DNA of 64,000 nucleotides, from the NCBI GenBank assembly GCA_963575745.1, contig CAUYUJ010000003.1, positions 124,001 through 188,000 on the forward strand, in the 5' to 3' direction. The notes under the pieces were generated by a model, which was not told the origin of the DNA, searched no databases, and worked only from the letters and a program-made list of their open reading frames with translations. Position numbers and translations under genes: made by a program. The stretch is from Prorocentrum cordatum (taxonomy: Eukaryota). Positions 1-13,090 of this stretch are shown piece by piece. Each line of letters begins with the position of its first letter. The stretch's first letter is position 1.

Positions 1-19
1 CTGCTCTGCTTACGACGAA

Positions 20-181
20 GCCAGGACGAAGATAGCATCTGGGGAAGATAAATCGAGAATCTCGGAGATCCGACGGTTCTGGTCGATGTCGTGGGCGCCG
101 CCTTCCCAAAGCGTTCCGGATCGCTCCGAGGGCGTTCCGGAACGCTCTAGAACGGATTGATCCCCGTCCCTAGCCCCGTCC
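20..181 (+). repeat. Dispersed repeat, second copy at ~28599-28760
   Basis: ccaggacgaa...agcgttccg.atcgctc...gaacgctct.gaacggatt.atcc.cgtcc(c)tagccccgtcc shared by both loci. Confidence 0.7.
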
Positions 182-255
182 AACATCTGTCTGCTTCGCT
201 GCCCCACGCGTCGAGTGAGATATCATGGGCGGAAGACAACAGCAACAAAAGCAGC

Positions 256-436
256 ACAGTCGGACCTAGGCAAGAAAAACATCCCTCAAGAACATGAGAC
301 CCTCCGCCAGCCAAAACATACAGAACATCCAAAGGTATCCTCCCCCAGGATGCACAAGGACATCCAACCAACAGGAAGAACACTAGGGTACCCTCCCCGA
401 ACCGACCTCGATCTTACACCTCGGTACGACTGTAGC
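256..436 (+). repeat. Dispersed repeat, second copy at ~30111-30290
   Basis: cacagtcgg.cctagg...aacatccctcaa.aacatgagacc...ccaggatgcacaag...cttacacctcggt.cgactgtag shared. Confidence 0.8.
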
Positions 437-454
437 AGCAACGGCACCATGCTC

Positions 455-687
455 CTGCATATCTTATTCCGGCCAAAGTTGGTGAACATGCAGTTCTTGC
501 ACTCCCAGTCTGGCGGGTGCCCTTTTCTCCAATTCCTCTTCCAAGCTTCCTTCTGGGCCAACTTCTTCTCAGATAACTTTTTAGGCCCGATCTGAACCCG
601 TTTGCCGGAACCAATATAAACCATATTTCTGGCCCGCACGTCGTTGCCCGATTTGCCACCGAGGTAGATCTCGAATTCCACGAGGTC
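455..687 (-). CDS. Exon of CSD/RanBP2 protein (CSD2 end + RanBP2-type zinc finger)
   Basis: CAG|G acceptor; DLVEFEIYLGGKSGNDVRARNMVY completes the CSD; DWECKNCMFTNFGRNKICR matches W-x-C-x2-C-x3-N-x6-C; the last Cys is presumably in a later exon outside the window; 3' boundary approximate. Confidence 0.8.
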
Positions 688-1171
688 CTGTGGATCAAGA
701 TCGCTGCTCCGACCGCAGCTTGGATGACTCAAACACATGCAAGTTTGGTCCGAGGGAGCCTGAGGCGAAACACACAACCAGGCACCAACACACTAAACAA
801 AGAAGATGCCTCGCCTGCCCATGCCCACACATTTCAGGACCTTCTCCTCCTCGTTTGGCAAGAGAAAGCGTGCACACATGTCAGTAACACCCTAGGATGA
901 AACAATCTCAATTCGCTTCGCTCTGCTCAGCAATCTTCTACCACCCCCTAAACGTGCACCCGCCACACGCCCTACCTTGTTATTCCCCGAACGTTCATTC
1001 ACCTTCCCGCGTTTCGATTTGTGCAATTGACCCGAACTGGAAACCGGATGGAAAACAGGATGTAACACAGGGAGTCTGGATGGCTGCTAAGGACATCAAC
1101 GTTCTGTCGATTTGGATCCTTGAAACGGGAAGGATCTCGCGTGCGGCCTCACGCGTAGCATGGGTGCGCGC

Positions 1172-1172
<1 letters not shown>

Positions 1173-1228
<56 letters not shown>

Positions 1229-1253
1229 CGTGCGTGTGTGTGTGTGTGTGTGT
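1173..1253. repeat. (GT)n microsatellite in intron
   Basis: Direct reading. Confidence 0.95.
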
Positions 1254-1370
1254 CTATCTCTATCTGTCTCTCCCCATCCAAGAAGGCGAATCAGATGTGT
1301 GACCTTCGCGCCCGCGTTGCTAACTATTCGCGCAACCGTAGTTTCTTCTTCTCCCGAGTCAGAACGCGTC

Positions 1371-1592
1371 CTCCCGCTCGAATTCGACTTCCGCCATATC
1401 TGGGCTCTCGGTGATGTGGAAGAACACCTGTCCTTTAAAATGCTCAGAGGCGCAGAAGCCCCAGCTCTGCTTCTTCACGAGCTGCCACTGCGACCTCACG
1501 ATGCCCTCTATACGCTGACCAACTAAATCACGTGGTTCTGGTTTCGCAGAGTCAAACTGATCTTCCGTCTCGCCAGATTCCATCTCCATCAC
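1371..1592 (-). CDS. Exon of CSD/RanBP2 protein (linker + CSD2 N-part)
   Basis: Encodes VMEMESG...GQRIEGIVRSQWQLVKKQSWGFCASEHFKGQVFFHITESPDMAEVEFERE with RNP1-like SWGF and RNP2-like VFFH; AG|G acceptor, GA donor. Confidence 0.8.
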
Positions 1593-1994
1593 CTCCAGGA
1601 CCAATCGGTATAGGCTATCCTTCTGAACTTCCCCACGTCATCACCCGATGCCGTACCGCTACCACCCCCGTCCGAATGTCCCTGCTTCCTCCGCTTCTCG
1701 TCCTTCGTTCGGGGAAGCATCGACCTCTCGTTCGCTCGTCTACACCTGCAGTTACAACACATCTGCCACCGTGCTACAAGATTGAACGAACGTTTTTATC
1801 CTGAAGTTCTGAATCCTCCTCAAGGTTAGCATGCTCGAAGGTCTCATACCCCCATTTCCACTCTTTCCTAGGGACGCTCCCGCGCACCTGGGAAATTCCG
1901 CGATGTCATGGGAGGGTGGTTCGAAATCTGGCACGCCCTTAGATGGCCCGAGCTCCGTCCTGAGGCGGCGGCGTGAATGGCAATGTGTGTTCCG

Positions 1995-2166
1995 CAAGTT
2001 CGTGTGGTGTCGACCCCGGCGGTGGTTCCAAACACCGCGGGGATCGTTCAACCTTGAAGGATCGACCGTTTCCGAAACGTCCGATCGTTCAACGTCGACC
2101 AATTCTGGATCGCCAGGCGTGTTCAACGTTGAACGCCCGCCGCGGGGTCGACACGACGCGAACCTA
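1995..2166. mobile_element. MITE-like hairpin element
   Basis: aagttcgtgtggtgtcgaccccggcgg is an imperfect inverse of ccgcggggtcgacacgacgcgaacct; related sequence at ~38870-39000. Confidence 0.5.
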
Positions 2167-4926
2167 CCGTAGATACCAACACGTCATTTCTGGCAAGAGA
2201 CGGCGACGTGAATAGCAATGTGGGCAAAGACGGTGTCACGACCATTTTGTGTAGCGTAGCTAATTCTGTCGCGTGCAATGTGCATGCACTCCTTCTCACG
2301 TGTTGCTAGAACAACGCGCGCTTGGGTTCTAGTCACAGCCATTGCACGGCAATCGACCCCACCACTAATTTGGCTACGGTTGCCAAAACCGTTGCTGTAA
2401 TGGCCGCGACCACGGACACTACCGCTTTCATCGCAACTATCGGTATCCAATCCTCCTCCTGCTGCTGCTGCTGCTGCTGCGGCTGCTCCCTCTCTCTCTC
2501 TCTCGCTCCCCAGGAGGGCCGCAAGCCCGCGGACTTCACGCGCGTCCGCCCACGCGTCGTCCGCGCCGCGCCGACGCGCGGCCGCCGCGACGGCACCTAG
2601 AAGCCAAGACCCCGCCAACCAGAGAAGAGGGAGGACGCCTCCAAAGGGCCTCAGAGGAGAGGGGAGGGGCAGGGCCCAGGAGCCAGAAAGGGCACTCCAG
2701 ATGCCTCGAGGAGGAGGAGGGGGTGGGGGAGGCGCCTCCTGCTCCTCCTCTCCTCCTCCTCTTCCTCCTCCTCCGCTCCCTCGTACGCTTCGTTCGTGCA
2801 TCTTAGGGACGGAGGGAGGAGTCTGGGAGGAACGGGGACCTGGAACCAAGGCGGTCTCCAAGGATCAACGTGTCACTCCGAGTCTTTCTGCTGACCTGCT
2901 GACGGCCCCTGCGCCAGGGGATCGGGGAGCCTCTCAGGCGGGCCCTCATGAGATGCCTCGCCGCAAGATCGCTTGGGAAAACACTGGGGGGTATCTTGCA
3001 GGTCGTTTTTTCCGGCTCTGGCAATCCCCTTGGATTTCCTCTTGTATTTGAGCCTCTGGGAGGCTCCTGGGGTCCAAAATATGGTGGCAAAACTCGAGAT
3101 GACGGTGTTGGGGTTGCCTCTTGTCTCCTCGTGGTGCCTTCTCGGCTGCCTCAAGAATTCTCTTGGAGACCCTTTTGGGCCGCCTTGGGTTGTCTGGGGG
3201 TCCGCTGGGAGGCATTGCCGCCCGTCGCCACCGCAGAGGGGGTCCCGAGGATTCGCCGTGTTCCGTCCCGTTGCCGCCCGTTGCTGGTCGTTGCCGCCTG
3301 CTGGGGTGCCTCGAGGATGCACACTTGCGCTTCGCAGAACCACCGCAGAGACGCTTGCACACCACGCAGCTTACACATCCACAGTACCACAACCAATTGT
3401 TCGGGATCCACGCTGGCAAGCATGTCGATACAAGGCTCAACCGTCGCTCTCAAATGAGCGTGCACCGCTCCGACGAGATGTGAAAATCGATCCATTCCCC
3501 AACATCGGGCATCCGAGCTGTAGGATAGCTTATCGGTTCCTGCAGATGAGGGCCCGGTGCGTATATCAGAGGACCAATCCGATGCCACGAACGCCCTCCA
3601 GAAACTTCCCGACGATTTCAAAGTCCACCCTTGTGCATTGGGGAACCTCATGCCCCCTTGGATGGGCTCTGACTCTTGCCCGGGAACAACCTGGACTTTG
3701 CTCTACGGAGCCCTCGCGCTGGACCCAGTCGCTTCCCTCGAAACACTCGTGGCATGAAAGGAACTGCCCTGACGGGACCGGATATCGGGCATGTGGAAAG
3801 AGGGGTGACCTAAATGGGGGGAAAAACTGCCCTGAAGGGGCCCTTTAAGGGCTCCTCTTGGAGCCAGCAGGGTCCCAAAAGGGGCCCTAAAGGGCCCCTT
3901 TAGGGCCAACTTTATTCACCCCACGTTGGGGTCACCCCCCATTGCCACCCGCCCGAGGCTCCCAGGAGGCTTTTCCCCATGACATGTTTTTCATCCTGGA
4001 TCGATCCTGGTAGCCCCGAAGCCCGTGGAGGGCCCAGGGGGGCCAACCACAGAGGTAAACACCGAAGATCGGGTTCCCGCGGGACGCCTGTCCTTCCTGG
4101 CGACATTCACGGGGCTCCCAGGGGGCAAGCCGGCACCAGGAAAAGCGAAGCCCTACCTCCCCTTACCAGGCGTCCGAGTGTGCTGCCCCCAGTGGCAATG
4201 CACTAACTCGCTGGCCACCGGCGCCCAACTGCGCGGGGCACCGCCTACCCGCGCAACCAGATTGGGTGGGTCCCAGCGTATACATCGAGCCATCTGGCCG
4301 GCAAAAGATCTGGGACGCTGGTCTATACACCGAGTTCATTCACCGAGTCCATTGGCGACACCTTGGCCGACCACACTGCGTGGTGTATACATCGAGCCCT
4401 TCCGACGGATACAGCCGATCGGGACGCTCCGCTGCTTGGCGGCGTTTCGCGCGTCTGGTTGAGACTGCCATTCACGCCTTTCTGCTCTGTAAGCGCGTCT
4501 GCTCTTGCGCGCGCGAGCCAAATACTGCCGCTGCTGCGTACTCGCCTCCTGCAATGCCAAGCGCCGTTATGATCACTGCATGCCGAAGCCTTACTGATAA
4601 TGACACAGCGATGAAGAGAGACAAGTGGCGCGGGTTCCAGACACTGCAACCATGGCATGGCAATGTGTCCGAGAAAAACGCCCAAATAATATACAACAAA
4701 ACTGCCTGCGCAGGTTCGTCGGCCTACTGGTGCCTTCCGCAAAGTACACTGAGACGTTGCGATGCTGGGCACGTCCACCGATCCTGCGCATTTTCCCATG
4801 GTAGTTTTCTAATACCGCAGTCTGTGGAACCGACGCATGACCATAACTCCAATGCGAGCAAGCCGTTTCCATTCACCAGCACTCTTCGGCCAAGAGACTT
4901 CGAGTTGCCATCTGGCCCGGACGCAC

Positions 4927-4980
4927 CTGTCTGGGCAATAGCAGTTTCACCGCCTCGCACTGCCCGTTGAACTCTAGCAC
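4927..4980 (-). CDS. Exon of CSD/RanBP2 protein (CSD1 C-terminus)
   Basis: GAG|G acceptor; 54 nt encoding VLEFNGQCEAVKLLLPRQ; GT donor; phase 0 on both sides and completes CSD1. Confidence 0.65.
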
Positions 4981-6103
4981 CTCCAGGGCAGAACGAAGAC
5001 CATGGAGAACAATGGGAAACGAATCAATATTGCGAGGGTAGGCCGAGAGGGAAAGGAAGCAAGTGACATCTTTTTCTGCAAAGCTTGACATTTCTTTTGT
5101 ACTGTTCGGTGGTTGGCGTAGGATTTCACCCTTCGGGGAGGGCCCACTCGAACCTCCGTAACCCCACAGACGGTTGAGGAGGATGAGGGGGAGGAGGATG
5201 CCTAGCCACTGGCAGTGAGACGTCTGCAAATCTGGAAAATTCTTCCGCTGCTGACTGCGAGGCCCAATTGCGCATTCCGCAATTCGCCTCTGTACGCATG
5301 CGGACCTCGCAAAGATGTCTTCGCTACATGCGCCCGTGCTCAAGTTACCCCGCCCTTCACTTCACAGATCCCAGGCCTCGCCAGGACCAGAAGAGAACCA
5401 GACGCAATCAGGGGTATCGTATGCAAGCCACATCCGCGCACCCTGTCACGTGTACAGGCAGAATTGATTGAATAAGACACGCGACAGAACACACGACTCT
5501 TTCGCCAACAACATGGCCTTAAAAACCACAGGACACAAGGGTAAGCTTGCCCCGGGACTGCAGTGGACACCACGCGCGATGCAAAGGACACAAGGTTGCC
5601 CTTGATTTGGCAAGGTCGAACTACTCATCTGGGCCGACTGCACGCGTCTGTCGGCAAATAACATCTGAACACGCGTGCGTGTACAGCCCTCGTGCCACCG
5701 TGACGAACGCGTGATACAGAAAGAACGAGGGGGCAATTCTGGCCACAGCGGGCCGACGCCACAAACGGGTCCTACGACGCAGACCCGAAGAACGACCCGA
5801 AACCCCGAGCCCCTCCTGAACCCACCGCGGGTTCATTTTCAACGTGTTGACTGTACATTCGCATCTGCGTGGGCACGGGAGGAGGGCGGAGGAGGAGGCG
5901 AAGCAGGAGGCGGAGGAGGAGGAGGGGAAAGGGGAGGGGGAAGGGGAGGGGACTATGACAAGCTAGGTGCGCTCGCGTCATATCTGACGTCCTACCCCTT
6001 CCTCCCATCCCTTACCATGGCGCAGATCTCCTGCCTACTCGCACAATCGGATGTCGCAGCATGGCATAGCATTACATGGCATAGCACGGTGTTGAATGTT
6101 AAC

Positions 6104-7145
6104 GCGTAGCATGACATAGCATGGCTTGGCGACGCCCCAAAATGAGGGGGAGGGGCTTCTGCGGTCCAACAAATCAAAGAATCGGCACCGAATGTGTGAT
6201 CACTTCCGATGGTTCCTTCGGGAGGCAATTTTTTAGACTTCGGGGCCTATTTTGAAGGACCGAACGCCATGCAGTGGCACGGCACTGGAAATAATGACGC
6301 CAACGCTGCAGCGGGAACACAATTCGGAACGACTGGAAGCGCGCAAATGAGGCCAGCGCTGAAGCGGGAGCACGATGCGGAACGACTGGTAGCCCGAAAA
6401 CGAAACCAGCGCTTAAGCGAGAGCAGCATTTTGAAAAAACAAGCGCGGAAACGTGGAAATGAGGACGCGTAACCTGACATAGCATGGCGTGGCGACGCCT
6501 CCAAAGTGGGGGGCTTCTGCGGCCCAGAAAATCAACGAATCGACACCGAATGTGGAATCACGTTCGATTGTTTTTTCGGGCGGGCATTGTCTAGATTTGC
6601 GGGCCACTTGGAAGGACCGAAAACCATGCCGCTGCATTGCTCTGGAATTAATGACGCCAACGCTGCAGCGGGAGCATGATTCGGACCGAGTGGAAGCGCG
6701 GAGATGAGGCCAACGCTGCAGCGGGAGCACGATTCGGAACGACCGGTAGCCCGAAAACGAAGCCAGCGCTTCATCGAGAGCAGCCGTTTGGAAAAACCGA
6801 AGCGCGGAAGCGCGGAAATGAGGACGCGTAGCCTGACATAGCATGGCGTGGCGACGCCCCAGAGTCGGGGGGGGGGGGGGGGCTTCTGCGGCCCAGAAAA
6901 CCAACGAGTCGACAGCGAATGTGGAAGCACTTCGGACGGTTTTTTCGGGGAAGCACTTTCTAGATTTTGGGACCAAATTGGAAGGATCAAAAACCATGCC
7001 GTGGCATGGCGCTGGGAATACTGACGCCAACGCTGCAGCGGGAGAACGATTCGAAACGACCGGACGCGCGCAAATGAGGCCATCGCTGCAGCGGGAGCAC
7101 GATTCGGAACGAGCGGTGGCCCGAAAATGAAGCCAACGCTTTAGC
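6104..7145 (+). repeat. Tandem repeat, ~360-bp unit x ~3
   Basis: gcgta.c.tgacatagcatggc.tggcgacgcc recurs at ~6104, 6467 and 6826. Confidence 0.9.
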
Positions 7146-7159
7146 TTTGGAGTCCCGGA

Positions 7160-7345
7160 ACGGTGCGGTGACGGACCGTGCGGTGACCTCGAATTCCCCC
7201 AAGACCTGACAGCACGGTCCGTCACCGCACGGTCTTGGGACCCCGCAGGCCCGTCGCCCGAGACGTCCTCAAAAAGGGACTCGAGTCCCAACACCGTGCG
7301 GTGACCCCGAATCCCCACCGACTCACCGCACGGTGTGGGCCCCCG
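7160..7345 (+). repeat. Dispersed repeat rich in caccgcacgg inverted units; copy at ~39225-39370
   Basis: cggtccgtcaccgcacggt.ttgg...tcgcccgagac...accgtgcg...tccccaccga.tcacc shared. Confidence 0.7.
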
Positions 7346-7457
7346 ATCAGTGAAACCCAAGCGAAAACCCGTTTCCGGGACCAGAGCGCGGAGGGGGGCC
7401 GGCCATTTCCCGAACGCCACCAGGGGAGAGAGAAGAGTAGTATTCATATTGTTTTAC

Positions 7458-7976
7458 TGTAAACAAATGTAATGGAAATGGCGCCTTTTGCAAAGCGCGG
7501 ACGAATACGAGGACTGCTGAATACGCGTTTAATGCGGGCGCGGAAGCTGGCCAGCTTCTGTGCCCGGAGCCAAATGGCCGCGGACAGGGAGAACAGCAGA
7601 CAAGGCAAAGGGCAGTGATGTATACGAGACCTACCGCGCGAGTCTGGTGCTCAAGCGAGTCTGCATGTGCCCTGTCGGTGACAGCACGCAAACCGTACCG
7701 AAACCAACGAGGCCTCATAAACAGTTGCCACGATGGGGCACGTCGCCTGTTTCGGCAACTCCCGTAGATGACGGCCTTCACTCCGCCCCGAGGCACATGG
7801 CCACCCACGGCGCCAATCGCAGACACGGCGCAAGTGGAAAGGGTGGAGTTACTCCCGACAATGTCCATGCTAATTCAGGAGGAAGGGTGGGGCAGACAAT
7901 TGCAGGAACGCAGTAAGATGATTCAAATGCTGCGCGCCAGAAATCTGCTGCCCCGCGAACGCAGCTCTCAGAAACA
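7458..7976 (-). repeat. 3' LTR of the Copia element
   Basis: Bounded TGT...ACA; adjoins polypurine tract at 7977; first ~190 nt align with 16773-17020. Confidence 0.7.
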
Positions 7977-7986
7977 ACCCCTCCTT
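7977..7986 (-). promoter_or_regulatory. Polypurine tract (PPT)
   Basis: Minus strand AAGGAGGGGT immediately precedes the TG of the LTR, downstream of the RNase H stop. Confidence 0.65.
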
Positions 7987-8194
7987 GCACGACTCACTAG
8001 TCGCAATTGTGAACGTAGTTCGCCTATGCGGGCGTTATATCACATGTCCTGCTACGTCGCATTCGCGAAAATAACTCACGCTATGCGGCTGTCTTTGCCT
8101 CTCACTATGTCGCAATCGCGAGCGCAGTCCGGGACATGCGACCGCCCGTGTAACGTCCTGCAGCCGAAATACATGTAGCGACGCTTCCGGCTAC

Positions 8195-9800
8195 TCATCC
8201 CGTCGGCGAAACGTTCTCCTCATCCGCCCTGAAGTCGCTGTCGCGGGAACTGGGCACGGTCTTCTTGCGCCTCTCGCCGTTCAGTCTGACCGTGGCGTGG
8301 TCGCACTTGAGCTTCCCGCGAATCACGTCCAATATCAGCTGTCGGCCGATACTCTCAATACGGAGCTGGTCGGAGAGCCACCGCCCGTGCTCTGAAGGTG
8401 GACGCATAGGATCCATGGCAATGGCCGCGAAGACCGACATCCCGTCCACGACCAGGGTTGCCGGCATGGCGCAGCCTTTCTCCTCCCTCAGTTCCCTGAT
8501 CTCCTCGGCTGAGACTGGGCCCCCGATCATTTCGTGGAGCGCGAGGAAGTGGGCCTGCAGCCCGTCAGCTGCGCCGCGTGCTGCGAGCATCTCGGAGCCG
8601 AATGGAGACAAACACGCAATGTTCTGTGATCGGCTCACGGCATCGTGCAGGTGGTAAACCTCCGTGCTGGTGCTGCGGTACTTGCCGATGCGGATGTAGA
8701 CGGTGTCCCTCGCGCCGTGCCCCGTCTCCTCCTCCCGCATGAAAAAAACCCGTCGCAGCGCGCAGATCTGGCCAGCGCATTTTACGGCAGGAAAGGCGAC
8801 GCGCGCCTTGATCTTCTGCATGGCGCAGACCGCATAATTGAGCTGCATGGCGCGTCGCATCAGCAGCTTGTTGTTGGCCCGGCGCAGCGCCGCAATGCGA
8901 GCTGCGAAGTGGTGCTGGGCGGGCAGGGCACAAGCAGCTGCTCCAAGCAATGAAACGAAGAGGTCGGGTAGTTGACATCCTGCGGGCCCGTCGGCCCTCG
9001 ATTGCAACAGGTCGACGTGCCTGGTCGGCATCGGGGCGCCGATGCACTCGTCCTGGTCGAGCGTCACGGCGCCGTCGGGGCTGCGGTGTCGGTTGGCGCC
9101 GGAATTGGTGAAGTCGCCGCATCCCCCCGTCATCTTGCCGAAGACGCTCTAGATGTGGCGGGTGACCTTATCGACGCGATTCCTTTGTCCAGTGGTATTC
9201 GGACCGTCAACGCGATTGGACAACGCGGCCGCAAACTTTGACTCGCCGGCAACGCAGTCGCTGGACGCCTCGCGCATGACCTCGAACTCTGGGCCCGACC
9301 TGGCGGGCTTGGCGCCGCGCTCTGGCGAGCGCGCGACCTGGGGGAATTTCACGGAGAAGGCTCGGCTCGCGGGTGCGTCCTTGCAGCCCGTGCCTGTTCG
9401 GATGCAGCGCAGGCGCTCGGCCCTCTCATCGCAATTGGGCGCCTGCATGAGGATGGGCAGCAGAGTGGAGTTCACCTCGCCTGGTGCTTCATTTCGTTCC
9501 TTCATCTCGGGACGAATCATGCCCCGCGGGAATACCTTCTCGACGTCCGCGGCGACGAAGACCCAGTTCGGGCGGCGCGCCGCCTCCAAGGACAGCGCGC
9601 GCTGTGACGCGCGCGCGGCTGCCCCCGCGAGCGTCCCTGGCGCGCCGGCGTCCATGCCGCGGAGCCTCAGAGCGCCGCGCGACGCCCGATGATCCGCGTT
9701 CTCTTGCCGTCGGGGCCCTTCCGGTGCTTCCACTTGAAGACGTGACCGGAGACCATGATTTTTCGCGCGCCCTCGAGTGGTCGCCGTTCGGAACATTTGC
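8195..9800 (-). pseudogene. Copia reverse transcriptase + RNase H
   Basis: LRLRGMD, RASQR.LS.EAA, ADVEKVFPRGM (from DV.KAFLQG), GTGCKDAP..RAFS; RNase H SPFGSEMLAA..AAD and LVVDGMSVFAAI. Confidence 0.85.
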
Positions 9801-11219
9801 ATCGATGGTGAGCTCCTCGAGAATGGCCGCGGTCGCCTCTATGGTGGACACCTCTTCCTCTGCCAGAAGATCGGCGTCACGCTTGATGGCTGCGGTCTCG
9901 ACGGCGGCGCGCGCGTTGAGCGCGGCTGTGCAGGAAGCGCCTGCAATGCAGTTGGTGGGCGTCTCCTCGCTGAAGCTCAGGAATGCTTCGCGCGCCACTG
10001 GGTCGAGGTGCATCTCCAAGCGTCTTGCTCGTTCGCCCTCCTCCTCCTCTAGCGTGGCGTGGTCGTCCATGGCGGCGCCGCGCAGGAGATAATCGCGCTG
10101 CGCGTGGATGGCTCGACGCTGGCGCTGCTTTTTGAAATGCTGGGGCCACTCGGCCAAGGCCGGCCGCGGCGTGGTCGACAGCAGCGGGCATCATCAGCTG
10201 GCTGTCGCCGCTCTCCAACGCCTCCGACTCCTGAGTCAGGTCTTCTGCTTCTACGGTTTCATGCCACGCGGCCAACATCACCTGTTGGATAAGGCCAGAG
10301 AAGCCGCTACCTCCTGAGGAATGGCCTACACTGCCGATGGAGATCCTCCCCCAGCGGTGCTGACAGCGTCCTCAGGGGCGTCGATGACACAATCATCGAA
10401 CACCCCATCTGGACCCTGTCTTGTGTCTGCCGCCATGAGCGTCATGTGCACTGCGAGCGTCCTGCTACTGCTCGCCAATGTGCGTGCAGGTGTCGAACTC
10501 GACGCCGTCCAAATGACTATGCCGAATGTCGCCTAGACTCTGAGGGTAACGCATGATGGCTAGGCTGCGGGTGCAGCACGGCCAATCGCCCACAGATTTC
10601 TGGCTGTGCAGTAGACGTGCGGCACGCATGTCTGGCAGCTGGAAACATATGCGGGATACGTGGCGTAAAGCTCCGAGAATGTCTGGACGCTGCCGCGTCT
10701 GCGCGGTCATCTGCACACCCCTTGCGTCCTCCCACTGGCCGAAGGTCGTGGTGCCGGAGCCTGGCATGATGTGCTCGATGAAATTCCCCACTCGGCCCCA
10801 GGCCATGCCAGTCCTAGCCGAGCCAAGCCAGTGCCCATGTCGTCGGAGACGGCACCGATGATGGGCCGGACCTCCCGCAATCTCCAGATCACGTCAGCTC
10901 GGCGGTACTTGCTTCGAGCAGGATCGAGCCGGATCGAGAGACGTGACAGCCCCAGGGCCCGCCCAGCCGCGTGCGTTCTTTGTGCTCGGAAGCCTGTGGA
11001 TCCCCACCTGGTCGCCAACGCTGAAGCGGCCCTCTCGGGACTCGGTGGTGCGTGTCTGGGGGGCGCGGCGAGCGCGGGAGATGGGCGCGGCCTCAATCGC
11101 GCGTTGCAGTGCGATCTCTCTGAGTCGCTACTGCAATCGGCTGGGCTGCACAATCCCACCATGGGGTCGGCGCCGGCGACATAGTTGCCACAAATCTTTC
11201 CGATTTGTCTATTTCCAGC

Positions 11220-11665
11220 GGTGGCAGCATAGCCAGGTGACCCCCGAAGACGACATTGCATGGCGCGACGCCGCCAACGTGGGTGAGGCTCCTACATGCA
11301 AAGATGGCGTGGGCGAGCATGGAGTCGAAGTTGGCTACAATATCTTCTAGCCCCCCGTCGTTCGATGAAGCGAGCGTGCTGTCGCGGAGCACGGATATCC
11401 ACTTGACTCCTCGTGTCTGCATCTCCTTTACGAAGTAGGTGGAGGTCGTGCCGTCCTCTCTGTCCACGATAAACCTATCCATCGCGCCGAAGATTTGGCT
11501 CCATGATCAGTCGAAGGCTGCAAGCAGCGTCGAGTCGTGTTTGGAGTCGATCTCCTGGCTGTTGATCCAGCGTAAGGCGCAGCAGATCAGATGCGTGATC
11601 ATGTGGTCCTTGTAGTGAAGGATGTCGCACTGAACGTGCTGGTTAACTCGCGTTGAGAGCAGCTG
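11220..11665 (-). pseudogene. Integrase catalytic core (rve-like)
   Basis: LSTRVNQHVQCDILHY...LRW...W.QIFGAMDRFIVDRE.G, then LAHAIFA..SLTHVGGVAP..VVFG; stop and frameshift present. Confidence 0.85.
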
Positions 11666-12474
11666 GCGAGGCCGCTCCACCGACGACGCGGCGCCATTCC
11701 AGCGACCAGCAAGCTCATCTACTTGGCGGCGCAGGGAAAAATGTCATATCCCCACGGGCGCCCGCGGCGTAACGGGAGCCGGCTCGCCCCCCAACGCTGG
11801 GGCTCAGAGAAGCGGTTCCGGCGACTGTGTTGCTGGGCCGCAGAGTCCTGGTTCGGGCGACTGCGTCGCTGGACCCGGACCACGAGCCAGACCAGCCACA
11901 GGGAACGCGCCGAGATGAACAACACAACGAGCCACCGACGCATCGGTTGGCAATCCGACCCCTTCCGGCTGGCCTCGCTTGGACGCCGCCACCTGGCGCG
12001 AGCGCTACGCGGGGTATCGCGCGAGACACGCGTGCGATAGCTGCGCAAATTGCACCTCCGGTGGTGGCGCGCCACTAAGGAGGAAGTGGCACGAGGTGAT
12101 GTGGTCCTCCAGGTCGTGCTTGTCATCGCGGGTGTTTTCCGGCGCGCGGGCGCGGCCTGACGTTGAACTCGCGCGAGCGTGCAGGATGATCGCGTTTCTT
12201 CTCCTCGCGGCAGCCTGGGCGCTCCCAGAGAGCGGGGGCACTGTGGGGGTATCGGCCCGTGTTGGGGCCCCTGGAATGCGTTGGCGAGTCCGCCCGCGCG
12301 TTGCGCTTGCGCGCCTAGCGCGGGAAGCGCGCGCGCGCGCGCGCGCGCTCGGCGGCCATCTCACTTCGGATCTGACCATCTGTGGCCCCAAACGCCGCTG
12401 CTGGAAAAGGCTGCCTCGGCGACGTCGCATTCGCGAACGTAGTTCGTCTTGCGCGTGCGCCTAAGGCGGCGACG

Positions 12475-13090
12475 TAAATCCACGATCTCATGCGCGAGTC
12501 GTTCGGCCAACTTCCAGGGCGAGGTTTGCGCGTCGGAGCTGTTGTGGCCCTCGCCGCTGGCGTGCGGATGTTTGTTCGGGCGCTGGAGGTTGCCGAACTG
12601 TTCGCTGATTTCCACGATATCGGCAACGAGACCAATGATTTTCCTCAAGATGGCACCAAGCCGATGACGACCTTGCCCGCGCCGGGTTCTACGGGCGCGT
12701 CCGCCCACGGCGGTTCGCGGCGCAGCCGCGACGGGTCGGGAGGCTCGTCGACGAAGTAGCGGCCCAACTCCAACTGGAATCGTATGATGTGGCCGCAGAA
12801 ACGTCCGCTTGGGGCCGCGTCCTGGTAGGGGCGCAGCCGCGTGTCGCTGATGAGCTCGTAGTTGCACGTCGCCCAACGACCGAATGGCCGGCGCGCGGGG
12901 GCCATGAGGGCCACTGGAGGTTGGCGCTGTCGTATGAACCTCTCAACTACACGTTGTTGGTCTTCGTCGTTGAGGTAACAGCTGATGACCAAGTCGAAGT
13001 TCTCGCCCACCCTGGCGCGGCGTCGGACAGCAAACTGGCCAGCTCGAGCCTCCCCGCAACACGCCTCGATGACGTCGACGCCGCGGTCGC
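12475..13090 (-). pseudogene. Divergent C5-cytosine DNA methyltransferase-like domain within Copia pol
   Basis: VDVIEACCGEA (motif I-like), GENFDL, PPVALMAPARRPFG (decayed motif IV P-x-C), GRYFVDEPP (VI-like), GAILRK, HPH..EG, AQTSPWKLAERLA (X-like), in the expected order and spacing. Confidence 0.62.
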